Positions 21,656 to 32,684 of a DNA stretch of 32,684 bases are shown here, one piece after another. The notes under the pieces were generated by a model, which was not told where the DNA came from, made no database searches, and was given only the letters and a program-made list of their open reading frames with translations. Origin of the DNA: Calcarisporiella thermophila CBS 279.70 (taxonomy: Eukaryota > Fungi > Calcarisporiellomycota); NCBI RefSeq assembly GCF_041956535.1, contig NW_027192198.1, positions 1,158,451 through 1,191,134 of the forward strand, given 5' to 3'. A program made the position numbers and the translations under genes. Position 1 is the first letter of the stretch. Each line of letters opens with the position of its first letter.

Positions 21656-21943
21656 ACTTTTCTCGAGAATCCTATCTCCTCCCTCTATCGATTTTCCTTA
21701 TTTAATCATCCTAATTTTTTTTTTCGGTTGAACACTTTCAACTATGACTTTTTAATAACAAGGTTATTTGCTCTTAAGTTTATTCGTTATAGCAAAACCT
21801 TTTCAGTTACATAATCGCCATCAAAGTATTGAAGACTTTTCTTTTATAATAATCAAATTATTAAAGTGAATAATGAGCAGGGAAAAGTGAAAATCTATTT
21901 ATGTAGCGGTATAAAGTTTACAATGGCTTTTATAATAAATTAA

Positions 21944-24452
21944 TCAGAAAGTACGCGGCGTTTCAACCGTCAACAAACTTTGAATTACATCGCCCTCTCT
22001 AAACCCGCTGAACCCCTCAAAAGATAATCCACATTCAGTGCCCTTTCGTGCTTCGGACACATCTTTTTTATGGTGCTTAAGGGCACTAAGTTCTCCCTCC
22101 CATATCACTGCTTGATCCCGAAGCACCCGCACGGAATTCGTCCTCGAGACTGCCCCATTGGTGACACGACAACCGGCAACTGCGTGTTGCTCTTTGCCCT
22201 TGGCACTCACCTGGAAAATCTGTAAAACGGTGGCCTCACCCGTAACTTGAGTGGTGATGGTAGGCGGGAGAAGCGCTCCAAGCGCAAGTTTAACATCGTC
22301 AAGAAGTTTATAGATGACGCTGTATGATTTGATGGTGACCTTCTGCTGACGAGCTTCCTGTTGTGTGCGCTTGTCCGCCTTGACATTGAATCCAATGATG
22401 AGCCCATCGCATGCAGTCGCCAGCTGGACATCACCTTCGGTAATATCACCGACGCCCGAGCTCACGACTTTGACACGCACCTCCTTATTCTGTAACCCAG
22501 CAAGGGAATCCACTACTGCTTCGACAGTGCCACTCACATCGCCCTTCACTATGGCGCGTAGCTCCTTTACCTCTGTTTCCTGACGTTCCAAATCCGTCTC
22601 ATTCGCGAGCTCGTTGCTTTCACTTACATCCTTTGTCTCTACTCGCTCATTCACCCTAAGCTGTTCTCCACCCGCCTTTGATCGAATTGCTTCTTCACGC
22701 GCCTTACGCCTTTTCTCGTTAATTGCCTCCAAGTCTTTAATTTGCAAATCTCTTGCACGCCGTGCCTCCCGAATTTCAACTACTCGCTTGGCGACATCCT
22801 CGCTCTCTGCCTGTAGCATCGTATCCCCGGCAGCCGGCAAATCTCTCCATCCAATTACCTTTACCGGTGTGCCAGGCGCGGCAATTTTAATAACTTTGCC
22901 TCGATCATCTATCATAGAGCGCACCCTACACCACGTATTGCCTGCCACAACGACATCCCCTGTTCTCAAAGAGCCACGCCGAATAAGTAGGGTGGCTACA
23001 TTTCCTCGCCCTTTCTCTTGCTGGGATTCAATGACTACACCCTCTGATGCACCATCGGCTTCCGCTCTCAACTCTAGAAGTTCAGCCAGCGTGACAATGG
23101 CTTCTTCGAGCTGATCTAAACCTTTGCCTGTTAGTCCCGATACTTCAACTGCCTGAACATCACCTCCGAACTCTTCGAGCTGCACGCCGTGTGAAAGAAG
23201 ACTCTCCTTCGCTTTTTGGGGGTTTGCGTCATGTTTATCGCATTTATTTATGGCAACAATGATAGGAACACCCGCTTCATTCGCATGGCGAATAGCCTCG
23301 GCAGTTTGAGGCATCACTCCATCATCCGCTGCTACAACCAGAACTACAATATCTGTCACGTGCGCACCTCGCGCCCGCATATTTGAGAAGGCCGCATGAC
23401 CAGGTGTGTCAAGGAAAGTAATACGTTTTCGTGAAGGGAGTTCAACAGAAAAAGCGCCAATATGCTGGGTGATACCTCCGGCTTCGCTTGCTGCAACGGA
23501 AGATTTACGTAGAGTGTCGAGCAAGGTGGTTTTACCATGATCGACATGACCCATAATAGTAACTACGGGAGGTCTCAGTGGTAACGAACTAGGATCCGAG
23601 GGTGGGGGGCGCGGGTGAAGATCGAAAGTATTCGACTCAGTTTGGACGATGGGGTTAAGGTTGTATTCTAGACAAATGAGAGAGGCATCATCGGCTGTGA
23701 GAACGTAATCGTGTGAAGGGTTTTCCATGCCGAGCTTCCGCATTTTATGTTCGAGATCAGCTAGTAAAATGTGATTCGGATTTAGCACATATGTTGCGCT
23801 CATCGGCACACAATATATAAGTGATATTCCAAACATTAGTGTTTTGACAATTACCTAATCTCACTCCCATTATTCGGGCCAAATTGGCGACATTGATTGC
23901 CTCTGGCACCAATATATCCTTCATAATCACGGGTTTCTTTCTCCTCTTAACTTTGCCTAGTTGGTCTGAATCCACTCGTCCAAATCCTTCCTCAGCACCC
24001 TCCTTCCGTCTCCCAGCGGTCCGACTTTTATTGGCATATCCAGTCGATAGGCTTTTACGCTTATCTTTCTCATGCTTTTGCCATTTGTCGAGCAATGTGT
24101 GTTTATGTTCTTGCATGTTGAGTTTTTCAGGGTGCATTTCCTGGAATTCTTGCTGTCGATTTTGATCTCTAATTCCGCCACCTGATTTTCCACTAATATT
24201 TTGAGGTCGCGCCCATTTGTTTGATTTGTAATCGCCATTTTGGGTTAGTACCCGAGAATTTAATCGTCGTGTACGTGATTTGGAATCCAGAGTTGGCGGC
24301 CCTAAACGTGCCCCTCCTTCCCTAGCGCTAGACAGAGGAAATGACTGAACAGTTTGCTGTGAACCTTTGAATGACAATGTGGGACGTGAAGGAACACTAC
24401 GCAAGAAATAGCGGACGGCATGGATTGCCGTTAAGGTGCGTGAAGGAAGCAT
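21944..24452 (-). CDS. IFM1: Mitochondrial translation initiation factor IF-2 (~804 aa, 2 exons: 24452-23855, 23760-21944)
   Basis: Arg/Ser-rich presequence-like N-terminus; RPPVVTIMGHVDHGKTTLLD (G1), GGITQHIGAF, FLDTPGHAAF (G3), NKCD (G4), KGDVSGTVEA, GTECGLSF. Confidence 0.96.
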
Positions 24453-24737
24453 TTGCAAGAAAATTCACAAGTGTGCTGCTCAATACATGCGTTTATAATG
24501 AATCATGCACGGCCTTTTAATCCTTATTACATTAACCAGTTTTACTTTAATAGCTCTCGGGATTAATAGTACTGTCAACACGTGGCGCAGCAGAGGGATT
24601 TTTGGTCGATATTTAATATTCAAAAAACGCGGAAACAGATTATAATACAAAATTTAGAAAATTTAAGCACGAATAAGCACCGAAATAAACAGGGATAATA
24701 AAAAAATGCACAGCAAGCTTAACACTGGATATAATTT

Positions 24738-26990
24738 TCATATTCTTTCGCTTTCTCGTTTTTCCCACTTGGCTTCTGAACAGGATGGACGCCCTTTATT
24801 GTTATCATCAGTACTCGCTAAATCTGTAATGATTGCAGAGCCTGCCTGGTATCTCTCGGGACCGGCGGATTGTTTTTCTGCAATCCACGTCAAGTTCTTT
24901 CCATTGTCAGCCGATATAACTTCTGGCACAGATTTCGAGGAACTATTGGGTTGGTTGTGAGGGGGTGGAGGCGGGGGCGGTGGGGGTAGAGTGGTAGGGG
25001 GTGGTGGAGCAGGAGGGACTACATTCCGTAACCGAATACCTCTCCTCCACCTTCCACCAGCAAGTGCCATGGCAATATTGCCACGTATATTAGGGGGTAC
25101 TGGCGTACTCATTGAGCGATTTTTCGTTTCATCCAGGAATTCCTTCAATAGTCTCTCGTCATTCGAGAGAGTCGCGGCATCAAATGAATGGAAATGTGCG
25201 CGCAGAGAAGCGAGATCTTCGGGTAATATGCACTCCTCCTCTGTGAGGCCATATTCTTCTGCAAAAGCAGAGCTAAACACCCCAAGTGACATGGTCGATG
25301 GAAGCGATGGTAGGGATGCAGAAGGATTCGAGGTGGGATAAAATAATCGGTATGCCATACCACTCCTGAGCATTCGCAATCTATCCTCGGCGGCAATTTC
25401 CAAATTTGCCCTCAGAGCTTCTCTTGCAGTGAGCCTCTCAGCTTGCTCCTGTTCCTCACGCATGGAGAGCTCCAGTTTGCATCTACCTACTACTTCTTTC
25501 AGCGCACTGAGCCACCGTGACATCTCCGTCGAATTTTCAGTCTGCAAATAGTGCGATTTTCCCTTTGGCGTGATCTTTATAACAAAGGGCTTACCCGGAA
25601 ATTCGTCACATACGAAAACGGAGGTTTCCGCGTCCAATTCAATTGCTTCTGTTGCAGGCTGAGAATCACTTCCACACGACTTGTACATGTATAGTGATCG
25701 ACCGGCAAGCACGCAATGCCTGCGACGCCACTTTGCGATTGGGAAAAATGTCGTAGAGTACATCAGAAGAGCCCCCGCGATATTCGGCTCTCCGCCTAAA
25801 CACTGGTGCAGCTGCTGTAATGTAGGATTGCTTCCAGAAGTAGAAGGGGTTGGAGATTCCATTTGTGAATCGTTGCTATCCCGCCGTTCGCTAATTTCAT
25901 CTGTGGAGCTGAATGATGCCGACGATAATGCTGTTTGCTGATCACGGCGAGGCACTAGCGAAGACGTTGAGGAGTCAGTACTGCTTGAGGGACTCACCGA
26001 ATCGATTCTCGGTTTATTTGAGCCAATGCTAGCTGAGAATGGAGTTTGGTATGGCTGTCTGCTACGAGTAGGCGAAACAGGGGCCGCAAAGAAACTAGCT
26101 GTGGGCTTCTCCATATACTCATTTCTCTGAACTAATTTTTGACGCTGTTCATCTTGCTCATATAACGGAGGAAGAACTTCTTCCATTATTGACGGGGTGG
26201 AACGTTGTGACGGGTATGAATTTGGCTGTGGTACGAGCGGATGGGACTTGAGTTCAGTGGTCGTGTCGACGCCCAACATTGTAGGCCGGCGAGGGTGAGC
26301 AGCACGAGTGCGCACTGAGTAAGGGGATGAAGGGGAAGTGTATTGTGTAAGAGGAGCCGAGATCTTCTTGAGATATGTGATCGGCTCTGAAGGCTTTTGT
26401 TTGGTGGAAGATGGCTGAGGGGAGGGCTGTTTCGAAGGTAATAAAGATGAAGAAAGCAAAGAGGATTGTTCAAGCTTAGGAGGTGAGGGTGTATGAAGGG
26501 ATCTCCTAGTCTGCTTCATGGAGGCTGGCCTTGTCTGTTCAACATATTCAATATCTACAGGAGTGGCATTATTAGAGCAAGGCTCTGAACGGCGTTTTGG
26601 CGGTAGCGGCGGCGATATTGTGTCTCTCTGCAATGTTTTATATTCAAATCTTGCTGCATCGGGGAGCTTATCTTGGGGTATTTCTGAAATAAAAGTTGGC
26701 TGGGCTTCATTTGCTGATTTCGTTGAAGCGTCTCTCTTATTCTGAGACTCTGATCCAGGAATTTCGAGCTCATGAGTCTTGATATCAAGATGTTCCGGGA
26801 AAACAGGAAAACTTGTCTCCCGTTCGTCACTATCACCTTCGTCTTCCTCATCAAAGTGTTGAGTCAACTCAAGCGAAGTAGTAGCTTTCGATTTGGCTCG
26901 ATCGTGGCCTAGCATCAGTTGCTCAACGCTCTTCTCCAGTTGTGCCAGCTGCTCCTTCCTAGTCGCGTCGTCTTCATCATCATTTAACAT
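24738..26990 (-). CDS. PH-domain protein with long Ser/Pro-rich disordered regions and a C-terminal polyproline tract (~750 aa)
   Basis: Long uninterrupted ORF. PH-like segment KWRRRHCVLAGRSLYMYK...PFVIKI...HYLQTENSTEMSRWLSALKEVV; PPAPPPPTTLPPPPPPPPP. The first ATG is at 26990. A probable 5'UTR intron lies at about 27183-27050 (GTATGT...CTAAC...pyrimidine tract...AAG/TAG). Confidence 0.8.
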   Translation of the reverse strand: MLNDDEDDATRKEQLAQLEKSVEQLMLGHDRAKSKATTSLELTQHFDEEDEGDSDERETSFPVFPEHLDIKTHELEIPGSESQNKRDASTKSANEAQPTFISEIPQDKLPDAARFEYKTLQRDTISPPLPPKRRSEPCSNNATPVDIEYVEQTRPASMKQTRRSLHTPSPPKLEQSSLLSSSLLPSKQPSPQPSSTKQKPSEPITYLKKISAPLTQYTSPSSPYSVRTRAAHPRRPTMLGVDTTTELKSHPLVPQPNSYPSQRSTPSIMEEVLPPLYEQDEQRQKLVQRNEYMEKPTASFFAAPVSPTRSRQPYQTPFSASIGSNKPRIDSVSPSSSTDSSTSSLVPRRDQQTALSSASFSSTDEISERRDSNDSQMESPTPSTSGSNPTLQQLHQCLGGEPNIAGALLMYSTTFFPIAKWRRRHCVLAGRSLYMYKSCGSDSQPATEAIELDAETSVFVCDEFPGKPFVIKITPKGKSHYLQTENSTEMSRWLSALKEVVGRCKLELSMREEQEQAERLTAREALRANLEIAAEDRLRMLRSGMAYRLFYPTSNPSASLPSLPSTMSLGVFSSAFAEEYGLTEEECILPEDLASLRAHFHSFDAATLSNDERLLKEFLDETKNRSMSTPVPPNIRGNIAMALAGGRWRRGIRLRNVVPPAPPPPTTLPPPPPPPPPHNQPNSSSKSVPEVISADNGKNLTWIAEKQSAGPERYQAGSAIITDLASTDDNNKGRPSCSEAKWEKRESERI

Positions 26991-28331
26991 AATCACGCGA
27001 TTTATAATAATAAATGGGTGGAATGTGGGTGAATTAGAGAGAAGCTCTACTTGCAAGCAAATGAAAGGGAACAAAGGGAAACCGTTAGAACATGAGAGAT
27101 CTCAATGCAACAACAAGTCTAACTATATTACTTTAATAGGTGCAAATTATGAGTGTTTACATACTCCACAATCATCAACATACGGAGTAGAGATTATATC
27201 CAACTTCACATGTCAGGATCAATGGTTGTCAACAGGAAAAGACACACTGTTTGTTGTGCAAAATATGAGACACGATAGACAAGGGAAAAAAATTGTGCAC
27301 ACCGGGGTCTTAAAAAAAAAAAGCACAAAAAAACCAATTGCAAGCAAATGAATAATTTCAAGTGGGGAAATTGCAAAATTGTAATATGTGGCGGTATGAG
27401 ATGAACCGTGTGCAGTTTTAGCTTGTTTATTGAGCGTTCCTCTTTTCCCTTTGTTCCTGATATTATCAATCTTCCACTAATTGAAATCCCAAACCGAATC
27501 ACTACAAAAACGTCCTTTTTATCGAATCTCATCTGTAGGATCAATATGCCTTATTTAAGCTGCGGAGTTATGCCAGAGCTCTACTCAGAATTTCGTATTT
27601 AGAGGCTTCTTCCCAACTATATCTGTACACCGTTTGTAGGATTCTTTCTCTCACTTGTACCAAACTGGAACAGGCATCTCTAGTGAAATGGATTAATTTC
27701 CATGGTCGTTTACGCTAAATTAATGCCACCTGGGCGATATTCATATGACTATCCACTTATTTTACTACGTCATTTTGAGATAAGAAATAGGAAGGCACTG
27801 CCAATTTCAAGGTGTGGCCACCGATGTTTCACTTCATCGCACCACACAACAAAGACCGGATATCCACACAAACGCCCAACAATATCCTCAATGAAATAAC
27901 ACAATAAAAAGCTTTCTTCTGGCCTCTATACTCACACGAGTCAACTGTGCTCCTCGGCTTGGCAAAGCACATAACAGCCTTCAATGGTTTGATCAACATC
28001 TTAGCTTTGTCCACGCCATTATTCATCGATAAATAAGGATTCTTGCTTAGCGTTATCATTATTTTTAAGCTAATATATATCGTATTATCTATATTCATTA
28101 AGATGAGGTTTTTATCTAAAGGAGGGCAAAGGTGAAATATCTTATTTGATGCTTAGTATGATGGGTTTTCTCTATTCGCATGCCCGCATTAATATTATAC
28201 CACTTTCAGAATCAATAGTTAATGGTTAAAATTTCAGTGTAATAGGTCTATCACAATTTCTTCCCATATATTTATTAATTTTATTTCGGGATTACTATTA
28301 CTGCCTTTACTTCAATATTTGAAACTTCCTA

Positions 28332-30185
28332 TTATTACTCCAATGCACACTGCTGGTACTGTTCACCCTAAAAGTACAATGGTTTTAATTCATAATAAAT
28401 TTTTTTTACCAAAGTACTTGAGTAAACATAGAAGTAATTTGTCATTTCAAAGCCCAAAAATATCTAGGCTCTGAACACTATTATGGCCCATTATGACTAA
28501 CTACCAGTAAGAGCACCGGCAAACCAATGAACTATTTCCTTGTGATTTTTCGTTACCTAATCTTATAATAATTTCATGTGATGATATGGGCTTCCAAAGT
28601 GAGACTATCAAAATTTACTTAGTAATCCAATAAAAATGTCCTTAAAATCAATAATATATATCTCTTTGCTAGGACCAAGTAAGTTAACCAAAATTCTGGC
28701 GTTTGACTTGCTCATTTTTTCAATTCGAAATTAAAGGGTTTATTATCAAGGAAGATATACATATAAATATCACTTAGTACTTATCACTTACTTGAATCTG
28801 TTCTTTGGTGGGGGAATTTGTTTCTATCTTTTTTCATCAAGGAGGTCCAAGCGACGTCATCTCAGAGCCATTATCTAAATCGTTATTAATAATAATGTTA
28901 CTGTTGCAATATTCACTATTTTTATATAAGGCTATGATCTAGAGATGATAATATCACAGGATTTAAAATTAAATTGCAAAAATCCTTATGCAACTGCGCC
29001 CAATAATGAAAGGTTGCTTTACTACATTCTTCACTTCTTAGGAATCTAGGTTCGTGGTAGTCTGTTAATGTCGCAATATTTTCATGATTTATTCGAGAGG
29101 AAAACTAGGTCAATTGTGTAAATGTTGAACTGAGTTACTTGAACTTCTTACACATCCATAATTTGGAACCAAAACGATACTTATGGCAAAGAATGGATCT
29201 AGTTGAACTCATCTTGTCTGGCCTAAATGCTCCTGAATATAGTTTAAGGTCGTCTGCTGCGAATTATCTTTGATTCAGAAGAATCTATAGCGAAGTTAAG
29301 GGTACAGGATCTCATCTATGTCTATAAAGTAGCATCCAAATTGGACAAAATTGTCTAGCTCTAGGATTTAACAAATATTATTTTTATTTTCATTTATTTA
29401 TTGTTGTACTACCGACAATAAGATACTAAAGTATAAAGTCAGATCATATCTACGACTCTTAAGCAAAACTTTCAATTGCACTGAAAAAGAGTGAAGAAAA
29501 TAGAAATTCTGTCAAGTCTATTTTCGATTGTGTAGTCAAATTATTTCATCTAGTAACACTTGATTAAAATTGATACGAGTTTAAGTGTTCTAAAATATAC
29601 CAAGGCGATTTTGTCTTGCAATGAGAGCTACTATAGAGAAGATGAATTTGCTTTTCATAGGCGTTAATTTAAAGCTAGTCTATTTATCTAGTTAAGACAC
29701 TGATTAAGATACCTCCATTAAGTTCTAATTCGATATTCCAAATTGTGGTTAGGATATGCATTCCAAGACACTCTCCAGGTTATTACATGAGGTATTGGTC
29801 ACACTAAATTAAACACTTTAATCCGTGCTATACCTTTCCTAAATCAACCATATAGTTGATTCTATATTCATGAAAATGAAAATGGATTTGTATCTTTTTG
29901 GGATAAATCGAGGAGCTTGAGTTTTAGAAGGTAGATTTTATCTAAATTCTGGCATCCTTCAATGTCTACATGAAATAATTTTAAACAGTTAAATGGATTA
30001 AGATGGTAAACGAGTTCTAAAATAATTCTATGAAGCATTTAGCGTATGAATCCTTTATCGAACTAATGGGAGATTATAAAACTTTCAAGGATCTTCTAAT
30101 GCTAACAGACTTAAAATTGGGACTCGTGACAAAGGAGGAATTGATAGAGCTATTTGAAGCAATTAGTTTCGAATTGACGCAATGA
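28332..30185 (+). pseudogene. Possible heavily decayed F-box/LRR-like gene relic
   Basis: AT-rich region with stop-riddled fragments: LLLQCTLLV..KVQWF*FIINFFYQ (F-box-like), IQ*KCP, LSYLNFLHIHNL..LVELILSGL, and a 52-codon terminal ORF 30030-30185. Motif impression only. Confidence 0.25.
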
Positions 30186-30432
30186 TGTAATACACAGCCT
30201 AATCTTACAATGTTGGAGGGACGAGAAAAATAAAAGAGGAATCTGAATGTTAACTGTAAAATTCTGAGATTTTTTTTTTGCATAGAAAGGAAGAGGGAGT
30301 ATTGATTATTGGGTTAATTTTGTCTAAACTTCTTATAATAATTACATAAATAAAGAAAAATACAAAAACCCGGTTTATTATAAAATTTTTGTATACCCTT
30401 CATAATAGATCAATTTTAAATCATATTGTTTT

Positions 30433-31203
30433 TTATGCCCTCCTCTTCTTTATTTTCCCTGCTGAAGTCTGGCGCGCCTTAAGGTGGTGCTCTGGAATCC
30501 AGGATTCATCATAAACAGCACTGCCCTCGCTCGAATCGGTGGATGTAGTAGCCGGTGCGGGTTGAACAGGTTTTTTCTTTTTGGATGCAACAGTAGCAGG
30601 GAAGAAGGCTTCCTTTACCAAGTAGCCAATTCCCACGGCAGTGGCAGCAAGAATTAGATATATGGAGATTAGTTGCAAATCAAAAATGGAATGCTCTGGG
30701 TCTACAACAGTGACAGTGCTGTTAAAGCCGACGCCACGGAAAGTATGACCCGTAGAGGGGTCTTTAAAATCAATAATCACAGTGAGGCCGAGATCTTGGG
30801 GGGGGAATTCAGGGTAGAAGAAGTAAGGAACGTCTACTGTTGTGTTACCATCCACGGCAGTTCCATATCGATAGGCGGTTATCTGTAGGATATCATTGAT
30901 GAGGCAATAATTCATTAGCATCATATAAATTCAGATGATGCAAAATAAAATAAGGCTTACGTTGCGAATTATGTGTGAGAAATTATTTGGGTTAACAAAT
31001 GCGCCTGACATGTGCTCGATAGTGTATTGCTTGTTATCATGATTCCTGAAGGCTACACGCACTTTATTGCGCTGTCCATTTACAACCACGCCAATCGGAT
31101 TTTCCAATTCGCCGGTTATCTCTACATCAGGAACTCGCTCGTCAGCCGCCATTGCTGTAGAAAGTAGAGCAAACAGAACGGCCAAGAGACAAAAGGGCTT
31201 CAT
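30433..31203 (-). CDS. Translocon-associated protein alpha subunit (TRAP-alpha/SSR1/Irc22-like; ~230 aa, 2 exons: 31203-30961, 30882-30433)
   Basis: Signal peptide MKPFCLLAVLFALLSTAMAA; VVNGQRNKV, HIIRNITAYRY, VPYFFYPEFPPQDLGL, FNSTVTVVDPEHSIFDLQ; a single TM; C-terminal YDESWIPEHHL and a basic tail. Confidence 0.88.
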
Positions 31204-31300
31204 GATGGGGCAACCAAAGAGGGAAAAATAAAATCTGCGAGAATAAAGATTTAGAGATGAGAACTTTTTCACATCTCGAGCGTAAATAGACCTCACTGGC

Positions 31301-31308
31301 CCACGTCA
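31301..31308 (-). promoter_or_regulatory. UPRE-like element TGACGTGG (Hac1/XBP1-type bZIP site)
   Basis: ccacgtca on the + strand reads TGACGTGG on the gene strand, about 100 bp upstream of the TRAP-alpha ATG. Confidence 0.55.
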
Positions 31309-31330
31309 ATGAATGCTGGGACTGCGATTT

Positions 31331-31410
31331 TATTAATCTTGAATTAATCCATTAAATGGATTAATTCAAGATTAATATCAAATTTAAGATTAACATCAAA
31401 TTTTGATGTT
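31331..31410. repeat. 47-bp perfect palindrome plus adjoining 18-bp tandem duplication and 19-bp palindrome
   Basis: tattaatcttgaattaatccatt (31331-31353) / a / aatggattaattcaagattaata (31355-31377); aagattaa[t/c]atcaaattt twice (31368-31403); aacatcaaa-t-tttgatgtt (31392-31410). Confidence 0.93.
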
Positions 31411-32526
31411 GATAAAAATTTTTGGACTTTGAAGTACTGAAGATGTCAGTTGTTTGAAACGATTTGATAAGTGAAAGTTCTAAAAATAAATATATATAAT
31501 AGGGTTATAATATAATTGTAGCTATTAGTTTTATTTGTAGCAGAGGAAATACTTCGCTTTACATATGTGATAAGATTTTTATAGATTTTTATGTTAATAA
31601 AAATTCTTAAATTATATCTATTAAGCACAAAGTAATAAGCTAATCTATACGCATACTATATATTATAAAACTTGGTTCAATATAATAAGCAGGTTCGACG
31701 CGTTAAGCTGATGACAGTAGAGCGTTTTTTTTACTATTTCTCTGTAATATACTTATTCAATAGAAATTTTACTATATACTGGCTCGTGAGTCGGCAATTT
31801 CTATGCCCGTTGTATCATAGTCCAAATTTTCTATAATGATATCAATATCGGAGAACTATGATATCATTGGCCGAAGGACGTATAATTATTCTCTATTTGA
31901 TACCGACAGGTACTGATTCATTTTCTATTTACTAGCAGTTATTGTAGTATTCAAGTTGCACTATTTTTTTGAAGGAAAAATCTAATTAAAAAGTATCCAT
32001 TCAATACCTGGTGGAAAGGAAAGGGAAAAAGCATGGAAAACAATGAAAGTCATGTAAGACGTGGTGGCCTTAAATAGTAGGGTTGAGGGAGGAGGACATG
32101 GGCGAAATTTATTTAGAGGGGTGTAACAGGAGGGGAAAAAAATGAAGCATTATTAATAAAAATAAAAAATATACTTACGTGGTAAAGAGAATACAAAAAA
32201 TTTCAAAGAGATCGCACTAGTAATTAATATGGAAGGGGAAGGAGGAGAGTCCTTGTATCTAGGATAAGAGCCAGTAATAATAGTGAGATATTCTGCATAT
32301 ATGTTTGGAGTTAGGTCAACTTGCCGATCTTTAACTTTCTTAAAGTATCTTGATTACACCTTTTACGAAGACAAATTGGGCGTAAAGTTTATACAAAAAT
32401 ACTACTTCTTCGCGAATTTAAACATAAAATACTTGCAATCATATTGAATGACATTATTTTTAATCTGCTTGATAATAAATATGCCTAATTTAGATGCATG
32501 AAATATCATAAAAATAAAAAAGCTTG

Positions 32527-32598
32527 GGGCTCAACTGGGAATTGAACCCAGGACCTCTCCCACCCTAAGGGAGAATTATACCACTAAACCATTGAGCC
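32527..32598 (-). tRNA. tRNA-Pro (anticodon AGG), intronless
   Basis: GGCTCAATGGTTTAGTGGTATAATTCTCCCTTAGGGTGGGAGAGGTCCTGGGTTCAATTCCCAGTTGAGCCC has acceptor stem GGCTCAA/TTGAGCC, anticodon arm CTCCC-TTAGGGT-GGGAG and T-arm CTGGG-TTCAATT-CCCAG. An oligo-T Pol III terminator follows. Confidence 0.97.
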
Positions 32599-32684
32599 AG
32601 CCCTAAACTGTTTGTTGTGATTGTTACATGAATATCGGTATTTCGTACAGACAGTCATAACTGCGCCACTACAAGCCAAAAAAT

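Noticed and set aside
21915-21946. Possible stop-codon read-through of IFM1 creating a cryptic PTS1
   Set aside because: The context is TGA-TTA rather than TGA-CTA, and the extension ends -KPL, which is not a PTS1.
26991-27074. N-terminal extension of the PH protein given in the ORF track (MFPFICLQ...)
   Set aside because: It starts at TTG inside a polypyrimidine tract/3' splice site; the first real ATG is 26990.
1-32684. CRISPR arrays, rRNA, prokaryotic operons or defence systems
   Set aside because: No regularly spaced repeats or rRNA-like sequence were seen, and the DNA is intron-containing eukaryotic sequence.

Overview
Eukaryotic genomic DNA, most likely from an early-diverging fungus (Mucoromycota/Zoopagomycota-like). 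This is inferred from short GT-AG introns, an AreA-type GATA factor, SPS19 with a PTS1 and a cAMP-receptor-like GPCR. I reconstructed exon structures by hand and checked reading phase for 10 intact protein genes: an SDR dehydrogenase, an aquaglyceroporin, an AreA/Gat1-like GATA factor, a secreted amidase, a 7TM GPCR, peroxisomal 2,4-dienoyl-CoA reductase, a secreted GH31, mitochondrial IF2, a PH-domain protein and TRAP-alpha. The window also has tRNA-Pro(AGG), a decayed Tc1/mariner transposase and two low-confidence pseudogene relics. The top finding is that the secreted GH31 carries the motif set of the bacterial Nag31/CPE1046-type alpha-N-acetylgalactosaminidase clade yet has 4 spliceosomal introns, so it is a probable domesticated bacterial horizontal transfer. 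Next is a GC-rich block (aquaglyceroporin, GATA factor, secreted amidase head-to-head with a GPCR) with HGATAR sites, a possible amide/nitrogen sense-and-scavenge module. There are also two long perfect palindromes, a UPRE upstream of TRAP-alpha and an orphan intron with no ORF. Family assignments come from motif recognition only; no searches were run.
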